NCBI GenBank assembly: GCA_029262795.1
Contig: JAJCYT010000018.1
Span: 3,762 to 67,761 of the forward strand
Source of the DNA: Candidatus Fraserbacteria bacterium
GTDB taxonomy: Bacteria; Bipolaricaulota; Bipolaricaulia; RBG-16-55-9; JAJCYT01
Direction of reading: 5' to 3'
Length of the DNA: 64,000 nucleotides
A program made the translations under genes and the position numbers. The notes beneath the pieces are model-generated. The model was not told the origin of the DNA. It saw only the letters and a program-made list of their open reading frames with translations, and did not search any database. Positions 20,560 through 28,484 of the stretch are shown here, one piece after another (position 1 is the first letter of the stretch; the number at the start of each line of letters is the position of its first letter).

Positions 20560-20880
20560 CATAAAAAACTCCCCCAACGGACAGGGCGTTGGGGGAGTTT
20601 GAATGCATATTGCATTCTCTCAAAAGGGGTTGAGAGTTAACTGTCCTTTGCTTCACCCGCCTCCGTGATACCCCTTTGGGTGAGCCTGCCGGGACGTGCC
20701 CACACGCCTTCTCAATGCCCATACTTACACACAGGCCAACAATGGAACACCATGCATCAGGGGAAAACCCGTATCGGGAGGTACAACACGGAAAACCTTG
20801 TGCATGGCAAGGCATTGAGAAGACAAGTGAAAAATTTAAGGAGGTTTGACGACACTCTCGGTGTTTTTCCGTAATTCATT
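20560..20880 (-). ncRNA. Candidate structured non-coding RNA of unknown class (or long structured 3' region)
   Basis: The 645-bp gene-free gap between convergent genes is densely packed with helices. ctcccccaacg-gacagggc-gttgggggag is followed by TTTTTTAT on the minus strand (intrinsic terminator). Perfect hairpins gaatgca-tat-tgcattc and ctctcaa-aagggg-ttgagag. A 12-bp long-range helix cttctcaatgcc(20712-20723)/ggcattgagaag(20807-20818) encloses about 85 nt. No protein-like ORF. No tmRNA, RNase P or SRP RNA consensus recognised. Confidence 0.3.
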
Positions 20881-20984
20881 GCCTCTCACATCCACGTAGA
20901 ATTTCAGCTTAACGGGTGAATGTTAAATTGATGTTAAAAATTTTGATGACAGTGCCTTGATGAGCTTGAAGGTCTTTTATTGGC

Positions 20985-21578
20985 TTAAATGGCTTGAACT
21001 GATCGCAAGTCCAGCTCGTTATTCACCACGATGATACAATGGCTGGCAGGATAGACTTTGGGGCCGATACTCAGGCGAAGCGCGCCTTTTAGCAGTGATA
21101 ATTCGGAGTCGGTGAAATCCATGTGATCACTGAGGATAAAGACAGGTTTTTCAGGCAGGGGAGATTCTCTTAAGCCAGGCATGTTTTCGTGCAGCAGCAC
21201 AGGCTCATAATCGTCTTTTTTTAGCGCAGTGAGCAGTTGGGCAAAGGATTGGTGCGCAATATGAATGCCGGGGCTGCTTCTGACAGGATCTGGACCTTCG
21301 TGTGTTTGAATTTTTTGCAGTGCTTTTTTAACCAATGCGCCCGTACTGCGCTCATCCGGATTTAGCCGTTTGACGTATTGGCTGGAAATGCTCACCGTCA
21401 GTTGATCCTGCAGGGATAAAAAAACATCCACATCACGCCGCAGGTCGTGTGATAAAAACAAAGAAGCATTGACGCAACGGCACAACACATCCAAACGCCC
21501 GGCACTGCCTGGCAAATCATTGAGCGTAAACGCCGGGGTTAAAGCCACTTTATGCCCCAAAATCACAAATGCATGCAT
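20985..21578 (-). CDS. SPOUT-class RNA methyltransferase (TrmY/COG1901-like)
   Basis: About 197 aa. Motifs NDLPGSAGRLDVLCRCVNASLFLSHDLRRDV resemble the DUF358/TrmY family. Start chosen at an internal Met. Confidence 0.4.
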   Translation of the reverse strand: MHAFVILGHKVALTPAFTLNDLPGSAGRLDVLCRCVNASLFLSHDLRRDVDVFLSLQDQLTVSISSQYVKRLNPDERSTGALVKKALQKIQTHEGPDPVRSSPGIHIAHQSFAQLLTALKKDDYEPVLLHENMPGLRESPLPEKPVFILSDHMDFTDSELSLLKGALRLSIGPKVYPASHCIIVVNNELDLRSVQAI

Positions 21579-21688
21579 GTGGCATAGACTAAAGAAACAC
21601 ATCGACCCGCGCAACAGCGCCAGGCAGGATTGTCTTTTACGCTAAAATATGTTAGCGTACCTGCGCAACCTGAATTGGTGATGGTTTA

Positions 21689-22471
21689 ATGGATACTCAA
21701 GATCACAAGAAAATTACACAAGAAGAATTCAGCCGCCAAGCGGAGCAAATCGTTACTGCCCCTTCTTTTAATGACTCTGATACGCTTAACAACATCGTCG
21801 AAGCCGTGGGAGCCACATATCAGGACAGGATCCTGGATGTGGCCTGTGGCACAGGTGTGGTCGCCTTTTGTCTGGCCAAAACCGCCAAAGAGGTCATTGG
21901 CCTCGATATCACAGGCGAAATGCTGCAACGGGCGCGCAAGGCGCGCCATAAAAAAGGGATATCCAATGTGCATTTTCAGTTGGGCGATGTGGAAAGACTG
22001 CCGTTTGATGACGAGGCGTTTGATATCACAGTGTGTCGCATGTCGATTCATCATTTCAGCAATCCACAGGCCGCTATCAATGAAATGGTTCGGGTAACGC
22101 GCATTGGCGGCAAAGTGGTGTTTGCTGACATTATTACATCTGATGATGTCGAAGTGGCTGAACTTCACAACGCAATTGAACGATTGCGTGACCCTTCCCA
22201 TGTGCGAATGCTCACTCATGATGAATTGTTGGCCTTGGCTGCAGGCTGCAATTTGCACATTCTTAAAACAGACAACTGGAGCAAACAACGCCATTTTCCA
22301 GAATGGGCTGAGATATTGAATGCACCAGAACGCATTGAACCACTGAAAGTGGTGTTGCAAGCGCTGGCAAAGAATCAGATTCAGGCAGGCATCAACTTAT
22401 GTTTAGACAAAGAAGGGCAGCCAACATTCGAGCACCGTTGGTCCTTGATTCTTTCAGAAAAACTCAAGTGA
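21689..22471 (+). CDS. Class I SAM-dependent methyltransferase (UbiE/COQ5-type, Methyltransf_11)
   Basis: SAM motif I ILDVACGTGVV, motif post-I VIGLDITGEM, LPFDDEAFDITVCRMSIHHF. Confidence 0.8.
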   Translation: MDTQDHKKITQEEFSRQAEQIVTAPSFNDSDTLNNIVEAVGATYQDRILDVACGTGVVAFCLAKTAKEVIGLDITGEMLQRARKARHKKGISNVHFQLGDVERLPFDDEAFDITVCRMSIHHFSNPQAAINEMVRVTRIGGKVVFADIITSDDVEVAELHNAIERLRDPSHVRMLTHDELLALAAGCNLHILKTDNWSKQRHFPEWAEILNAPERIEPLKVVLQALAKNQIQAGINLCLDKEGQPTFEHRWSLILSEKLK

Positions 22472-22584
22472 TCCTCTGCCCGAAGGCAAGCTGCCCTGTT
22501 CACAGTTCCATTATTGAGGCAAAAACACCCCAACACCCTCATAACATCTCACATGACTAATGAAGTAGAAATGCAGGAAGTAAC

Positions 22585-22812
22585 CTAGTGACGGTAGACG
22601 ATGCGTCCTTTTTCGAGGTCGTAAGGAGAGATTTCTACGGTGACAGAATCACCGGGCAGGATGCGAATGCGGAATTTTCTCATTTTGCCTGCGGAGTAAC
22701 ATAACAGCGTGTGGCCGTTTTCCAGCTCGACGCGATATTGCAGGTGGTTGAGTGCCTCAACGACTTTACCCTTCAGGGTAATTAACTCGTTTTTGGTTTG
22801 CTTGTTCACCAC
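22585..22812 (-). CDS. infA: Translation initiation factor IF-1
   Basis: 75 aa, S1-like: [66 protein letters not shown]. Confidence 0.92.
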   Translation of the reverse strand: MVNKQTKNELITLKGKVVEALNHLQYRVELENGHTLLCYSAGKMRKFRIRILPGDSVTVEISPYDLEKGRIVYRH

Positions 22813-23038
22813 ACCTCCTTTCGTTGTTGAAATGTGGATTCAAATTTTCATTTTTGCCTGTATATCGTGCAAAATAATCCATCAAAATTATATCATAACA
22901 GTAAAAAAGTTTCAATTTCCGTCATGGGTTTGATCATTTTTTCTAATTTGTCCCCTCAACGGACCGCCACGGTAGCAATTTTGAACCTCATCTGTAAAAT
23001 TCAGGGGCGTGTCATTTTAATTTAGAAGGTGATTTATC

Positions 23039-23293
23039 GTGGTTGACTGGATCATTATCGGCTTGTTTGTCATCAGTTTTCCAGTGTCCTGGTATGCCGC
23101 ACGCTGGGGCAAGGCCTGGGTGCCTGCCATCACCATTGTCACCACGCTGCTTTTGGGCTTTCGCGCCTTGTATCAATTCGAGTTTGGCTCAACAGGGATG
23201 GCTTGGGGTCAGGCAGCCCTGTTTGTGTTCGGGTTGCTGGCCATTTGGATAGGCGTGCAAATGGCCAAAAAAGAGCCTTCAAAGGGGGCTTGA
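23039..23293 (+). CDS. Small integral membrane protein (3 TM), immediately upstream of the mutase gene
   Basis: 84 aa, GTG start, hydrophobic helices. Stop abuts the mutase start. Confidence 0.45.
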   Translation: MVDWIIIGLFVISFPVSWYAARWGKAWVPAITIVTTLLLGFRALYQFEFGSTGMAWGQAALFVFGLLAIWIGVQMAKKEPSKGA

Positions 23294-24871
23294 ATGAGTG
23301 AGTCAAAATCATTTTCCACCGATTCCGGTGCTGAACTTAAAAACAGCTACAGCGATCAGGATGTGCAGATCAACCAGGAATTTCCTGGCGAGCATCCCTT
23401 CACCCGTGGCGTGTATCCCACCATGTATCGCGGTCGGTTGTGGACCATGCGCCAATATGCCGGTTTTGGCACAGCTGAAGAAACAAACGAGCGCTATAAA
23501 TACCTGATCAATCAAGGCCAGATGGGGCTGAGTGTGGCTTTCGATTTACCCACCCAACTCGGCTACGACCCCGACCATGCGCTTAGTGAGGGCGAGGTCG
23601 GCAAATCGGGCGTGTCCATTGCCTCCATCGAAGACATGCGAACGCTGTTTGATGGCATTGATCTGTCTAAAATTTCGACATCCATGACCATCAACGCGCC
23701 TGCTTCCATCTTATTGTCGCTCTATATGGCGGTGGCTTACGAACAAGGTGTCAGCGACGATCGCATTGCAGGCACCACCCAGAATGACATTTTGAAAGAA
23801 TACAGTGCGCGCAAAAACTACATCTTCCCGCCCGAATTTTCGATGCGGCTGACCACCGATGTGATCATGTTTTGTGCCGAACGCCTGCCACGTTGGAATC
23901 CCATCAGCATCTCCGGCTATCATATGCGTGAGGCAGGATCCACCGCGGTTCAGGAAATTGCCTTTACGTTATCAGATGCGATTGCTTATGTGGAAGCCGT
24001 GCTCAAACGCGGTGGTCAGGTGGATCAGTTTGCCCCGCAACTGAGCTTTTTCTTCTCCAGCGACAATCATTTTCTGGAAGAAATCGCCAAGTTCCGTGCA
24101 GCCCGTCGACTCTGGGCCAGATTGATGAAAGAACGTTTTGGCGCCACCCATCCCAACGCCATGAAGTTAAGATTCCATACACAAACGGGCGGCTCAACCC
24201 TGACCGCACAGCAGCCGCTAAACAACGTGATTCGAGTCACGCTTCAAGCACTCGCTGCCGTTTTAGGGGGCACACAAAGCCTGCACACCAACTCTTTTGA
24301 CGAAGCGTTGGCCTTGCCCACCGAAGAAGCCGTCACGCTTGCACTGCGCACGCAGCAGATGATTGCTGAAGAATCCGGCGTGACCGATACGATTGATCCG
24401 GTGGCCGGCTCATATGCGGTGGAGTCGTTGACTGATCAGATTGAAGCAGATGTGCTTAAAGAAATTGCAAAAATTGACGACATGGGCGGCATGCTGGTTG
24501 CCATCGAAAATGGCTATGTACAGCGCGAAATCGCCAACAGCGCCTATAAAAAACAACGCGAAATGGAATCCGGCAAGCGTGAATTGGTGGGTGTGAACAC
24601 CTTTGTCGAAGACGAAACACTGGATGTGCATTTGCTCAAAATGGACGATGCGTTGCGGGAAAAACAAATGGCCCAGCTGGAAACACTTCGCAAAGAGCGC
24701 AACCATGAGGCCTGGCACAAGGCGATGGGCAAACTAAATACCGCCTCAAATGGTGATGAAAACCTGATGCCCTACATCCTCAAGGCCGTGCAAGCCAAGG
24801 CCACCGTGGGTGAAATTTGCAAACAATTCAGCGACCAGTTCGGCGCATACCAGGAACCTTCAACTTTTTAA
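23294..24871 (+). CDS. Methylmalonyl-CoA mutase-family catalytic (large, TIM-barrel) subunit; no B12-binding domain
   Basis: FTRGVYPTMYRGRLWTMRQYAGFGTAEETNERYKYLINQGQMGLSVAFDLPTQLGYDPD and GGTQSLHTNSFDEALALPTEEA are MCM signatures. 525 aa, lacks the C-terminal cobalamin domain. Confidence 0.85.
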   Translation: MSESKSFSTDSGAELKNSYSDQDVQINQEFPGEHPFTRGVYPTMYRGRLWTMRQYAGFGTAEETNERYKYLINQGQMGLSVAFDLPTQLGYDPDHALSEGEVGKSGVSIASIEDMRTLFDGIDLSKISTSMTINAPASILLSLYMAVAYEQGVSDDRIAGTTQNDILKEYSARKNYIFPPEFSMRLTTDVIMFCAERLPRWNPISISGYHMREAGSTAVQEIAFTLSDAIAYVEAVLKRGGQVDQFAPQLSFFFSSDNHFLEEIAKFRAARRLWARLMKERFGATHPNAMKLRFHTQTGGSTLTAQQPLNNVIRVTLQALAAVLGGTQSLHTNSFDEALALPTEEAVTLALRTQQMIAEESGVTDTIDPVAGSYAVESLTDQIEADVLKEIAKIDDMGGMLVAIENGYVQREIANSAYKKQREMESGKRELVGVNTFVEDETLDVHLLKMDDALREKQMAQLETLRKERNHEAWHKAMGKLNTASNGDENLMPYILKAVQAKATVGEICKQFSDQFGAYQEPSTF

Positions 24872-24872
24872 T

Positions 24873-25259
24873 ATGAAACTCGATCACATTGGCATTGCCG
24901 TTCACAACATTGATGAAGCACTCAAGCTATATCAAACTTTGGGCTTTACTGTGTTAGAGAGAGGGCAGGTCGAAGCATACAGCGTCGATGTCTGCATGCT
25001 GGACACCGGCAATTCAAAACTGGAACTGATAGCGCCCACTGGCCCTGGAGCCACTCAGAATTTTTTGGATAAAAAAGGCCCAGGATTACACCATATGGCG
25101 TTTGCCGTGGATGACATTAAAACAACTTTAATTCAGTACAAAGCCGACGGCCTGCAATTGATTGATGAGCAGCCACGCGCTGGCTTTGGCGGTCATCTGG
25201 TGGCGTTTGTGCATCCGAAAAGCACCCAAGGCGCCTTGATTGAATTGGTTCAGGCATAA
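24873..25259 (+). CDS. Methylmalonyl-CoA epimerase (VOC/glyoxalase fold)
   Basis: MKLDHIGIAVHNIDEALKLYQ...PGLHHMAFAVDDI...HLVAFVHPKSTQGALIELVQ. ATG 2 nt after the mutase stop. Confidence 0.8.
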   Translation: MKLDHIGIAVHNIDEALKLYQTLGFTVLERGQVEAYSVDVCMLDTGNSKLELIAPTGPGATQNFLDKKGPGLHHMAFAVDDIKTTLIQYKADGLQLIDEQPRAGFGGHLVAFVHPKSTQGALIELVQA

Positions 25260-25262
25260 CCC

Positions 25263-26264
25263 TCAACCAGACTCAAACATCTCGGTTATCCAAGGCAAAG
25301 AGCGATCATAGCGATAAGAAACTCCCATATGGCCGTCTTCAAATTCTTCATGCACATGGTCAATGCCTTTGGTTTTTAATTTTTTCGAGAACATGCGAGC
25401 GCCAGCGTATAGGCGGAATTCATCCTTGATGCCGCAATCAACGAATATTTTCAACTGACGCAATGCTTCCTCATGTGAGTCTGCCATGCGAAGTGGGTCC
25501 CACTTTAACCAGCGCTGCCAGACTTCATCTCGAAGCTGTCCTGTTTTTAGATCAAAAGGCAGATCAAACAAATGGGGTTTATTCTCCTCATTCGGCGAAT
25601 AACAGGCCGCCATGGCAATGGTATTAAGCGTCATGAAATCATCGTGGCCGCGTTTGTTTTTCTGATAAAAGGCGTTGACAAATTCGTGGACTCCACCTGC
25701 TTTTTCAATTTGAATCATGGCTGCCGGAAAGTCGGGCATGTAACCATATTCAAAACACATATCGCCACTTTGGCAGGCCACCACGCCAAACATCTCAGGA
25801 TGACGCATTCCCAACACCAACGCACCGTAGCCGCCACTGGATTTGCCCACCACAGCCCGTTGGCTCGGTTCAGCTTTGGTTCGATAAGTTGCATCGACAA
25901 ACGGAATCAACTCTTGAATCAAGTGGGTTTCGTATTGGCCTGTGGCAGGTGAGTCCAGATACTGACTGCCCCCGTACCAGGTGAAACAATCGGGCATGAC
26001 CACAATAGCAGGCTTCATCTGGCCGGAATGAATCAGACGGTTGAGGCGCTCCACAATGGTTTCATCAAATGCATCCAGATTAAGCAACCTCATGCCCCAA
26101 CCAGTGAAGCCAGTGATCAAATAGATGACTGGGTAACGTTCATCCGTGTCCGCATATCCAGGTGGCACGTAAACGGGAATATCACGTTGATAGGGGTCAC
26201 CTAACGGATTGCCTTTGAGACAATCGCTTTCAAAATGTTCGATGATTGTTTTGCCATTGTTCAT
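25263..26264 (-). CDS. Esterase (alpha/beta-hydrolase, esterase D / enterochelin-esterase-like)
   Basis: GxSxG nucleophile GKSSGGYGAL. Pfam 'putative esterase'-like N-terminus PVIYLITGFTGWG. Confidence 0.7.
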   Translation of the reverse strand: MNNGKTIIEHFESDCLKGNPLGDPYQRDIPVYVPPGYADTDERYPVIYLITGFTGWGMRLLNLDAFDETIVERLNRLIHSGQMKPAIVVMPDCFTWYGGSQYLDSPATGQYETHLIQELIPFVDATYRTKAEPSQRAVVGKSSGGYGALVLGMRHPEMFGVVACQSGDMCFEYGYMPDFPAAMIQIEKAGGVHEFVNAFYQKNKRGHDDFMTLNTIAMAACYSPNEENKPHLFDLPFDLKTGQLRDEVWQRWLKWDPLRMADSHEEALRQLKIFVDCGIKDEFRLYAGARMFSKKLKTKGIDHVHEEFEDGHMGVSYRYDRSLPWITEMFESG

Positions 26265-26278
26265 AGGAAAAATATAAA

Positions 26279-26310
26279 AGGCCCCGGAGAAAATCTCCAG
26301 GGCCTTTTCT
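26279..26310 (-). terminator. Rho-independent terminator of the OMP-like gene 26338..27711
   Basis: ggccccggaga-aaa-tctccagggcc flanked by A-run and T-run (bidirectional). On the minus strand it is followed by TTTTATATTTTT. Confidence 0.55.
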
Positions 26311-26337
26311 AATTCAACTGAATATCAACAAGCAGTG

Positions 26338-27711
26338 TTAGAAAGTCACACCCATGTTGATCACAACTGTGCCGATACCAGATGGGGAGAAACCTGCATT
26401 GGCAGACAAGGCAAAACCGTTGCCATAATCCACGCTCAATGCAAAGCTGGTGCCAGTCCAGTCCAAGTTGCCGGAACCGTCGCCAGCAAAGCCGGTGGTG
26501 GTGTCCAGGCTCAAGATGCCGCGGCTGATACCCAAAGCGAAAGAAGCATCGCTCAAACCACTGGCGTCAGATTCCAAAGTAATGGTCAAATCGGCTGGGT
26601 TCTGATTCGGGTTCAACACCAGGCTCAAGGAAGAGGTCGTACCGTCAAACTGGAAGTTACCATCGGTGTCTTCCAAGGACAGGGTCAGGTTGCCCGAAGT
26701 TACGGACACGCTGAGGCTGTCGAAGGCCAAGTTGGTGATGTTGGTAGACGTCAACGTGGCTGTGATGTCAGCCAGGTCCAACAAGGTGAAAGAAGCGTTC
26801 AACTCAGAAGACAAAGGCTGCAATGGAATGAACGTGGTGCTCAAGTCGAAGCTGATGCCACCCAGTTCCACACCGGAGATGATCAGGTCTTCGCGTTCAA
26901 ACAACAATGGTGTTTTTGCGCCGCCTTCAACAGGGGTGCTGTCATTGCCGAAACCAGCCGTACAAGCCTTGTTTACTTCCCAAGCGAAGCTGCGTTTCTT
27001 AATGTAATTGCGGCCATTTGCACAAAAAGCGGTGCGCCCCGTCACGGTGATACCAGAAACGGTCTGACCACTGACAGTGATGACGTCACCAAAGCCAAAG
27101 GTTGGCGTCTGGTCGTCTACCAAGCTGTTTACTTGGCCCACATAATAGACATCTTGCAAAGCAGAGACGCCATCAAAGTGGTCGTGTTCGTGGCCGCCGC
27201 CGCCCTGAATGTCAGGGAAGTCAACGTCTTCGAAGATTGCCAAGTTGTTCAAGGTGATACCAGCAATGTTCAATTCCAAACCGATGCGTTTTTTCACAAA
27301 ACCCACAGCACGGTCAACCACGCCATCACCATTGCCATCACCGATGGCAAGGACATTTTCGCCAGAGCACTGACCGGAACCTGGGAAGCTGGTACAACCA
27401 AATGGTTCAGCGAACACAAATTGGTCGTTGACCTGAAGCGCACCCAAGCTGGTGTTCAGGTTCAAAATGGCAAATTCGATACCGGTGGTACCAAAGCCAA
27501 TGTCGGCACCCAAAGTCAACCCACTCAAGGTCACGTTGACCTGCAAGTTGGCCTGGATATCGAAATTGAACTGAACCGCTTCGGTCTGTGTCCCCATAGC
27601 GATCATCTGAATATTTAAATCGAAACTACCGGTAACGTCTGCTTTGGAAGTGGCTGCAAAAGTTGCAACCAAGATTAGAGCTAGAAAAGCCGAGAGAATT
27701 CTTCTAGACAC
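26338..27711 (-). CDS. Outer-membrane-type surface protein, paralogue of 9296..10786 (single TSP3-like Asp repeat), C-terminal Phe
   Basis: Signal peptide MSRRILSAFLALILVATFAATSKA/DVTG. Ends ...VINMGVTF. GGAGGG RBS. About 770 bp untranslated upstream region. Confidence 0.6.
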   Translation of the reverse strand: MSRRILSAFLALILVATFAATSKADVTGSFDLNIQMIAMGTQTEAVQFNFDIQANLQVNVTLSGLTLGADIGFGTTGIEFAILNLNTSLGALQVNDQFVFAEPFGCTSFPGSGQCSGENVLAIGDGNGDGVVDRAVGFVKKRIGLELNIAGITLNNLAIFEDVDFPDIQGGGGHEHDHFDGVSALQDVYYVGQVNSLVDDQTPTFGFGDVITVSGQTVSGITVTGRTAFCANGRNYIKKRSFAWEVNKACTAGFGNDSTPVEGGAKTPLLFEREDLIISGVELGGISFDLSTTFIPLQPLSSELNASFTLLDLADITATLTSTNITNLAFDSLSVSVTSGNLTLSLEDTDGNFQFDGTTSSLSLVLNPNQNPADLTITLESDASGLSDASFALGISRGILSLDTTTGFAGDGSGNLDWTGTSFALSVDYGNGFALSANAGFSPSGIGTVVINMGVTF

Positions 27712-28484
27712 TCAAACCCTCCTTAAATGTTTTTTGCTTTTTTTGGGGTTATACAAAAATTAATAACAGCTTTTAAACAAGCATGTTTGTAACTCGAATC
27801 TGGTGCATCACCCCCCTTTTGGGATGTAACAAAAGCCAATTTGTATTGAGCTTTACATAATCGCAATGTCTGTTGCCCAAAATTTATTGACCAGAAACAG
27901 TGCATTCACTCAATGATCGATCCCCTCTGTCTCTATGCACTGAATTTCTGACAATTTCTGACTTTTTTTACGTATAATCGCTCTGATATTGTAGCCGAGT
28001 TATGGATAAAAGTCAACAGGGAAAACCGTCTTCTGTATTACATTCATGGCCTATTGAAGGCCATTTCTTGGAGTGGGTCATGCAAACAAGAGATTCATGG
28101 AGATAATAAGGCTCTAGAAGGCACCTTTTGTAATGTAATAGACAATAAAATCAAGAAATATTTTTGGAGTCTTTTTTCGCCGACGCAGCCACCAATGGGC
28201 GGCAGGCATCCACGAGTGCGTGTAAAGGCGCAGGATTGCCCGCACTGCTGCGCAGACGGCATCCCAACACAATGAACAGGCTGCCTATGCTTGAAACCAC
28301 ATAGCGCCAGATGTGGCGGTAGAAGAGATTTTGTTTGGGTTTCAATTGGCAGTGCTCTCCCATATTTGGTTGTTTTACCTGATGATTTAATGAAGTCATG
28401 TGCTTGCTTTCCTCAAGGTTCAATCGCGGTGAATTGTTTCTGCCAAATTCAATCAATACACATATTAAGGATAAGGGCGTTATA

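Noticed and set aside
20525-20815. 96-aa minus-strand ORF in the NUDIX/SPOUT intergenic gap
   Set aside because: Cys/Ser/Gly-rich nonsense composition, no RBS, and it lies within the densely structured region better explained as RNA.
26335-27618. 427-aa plus-strand ORF opposite the OMP-like gene
   Set aside because: Antisense to a gene with signal peptide, RBS and terminator. Its composition is Gln/Val/Gly-rich low complexity.
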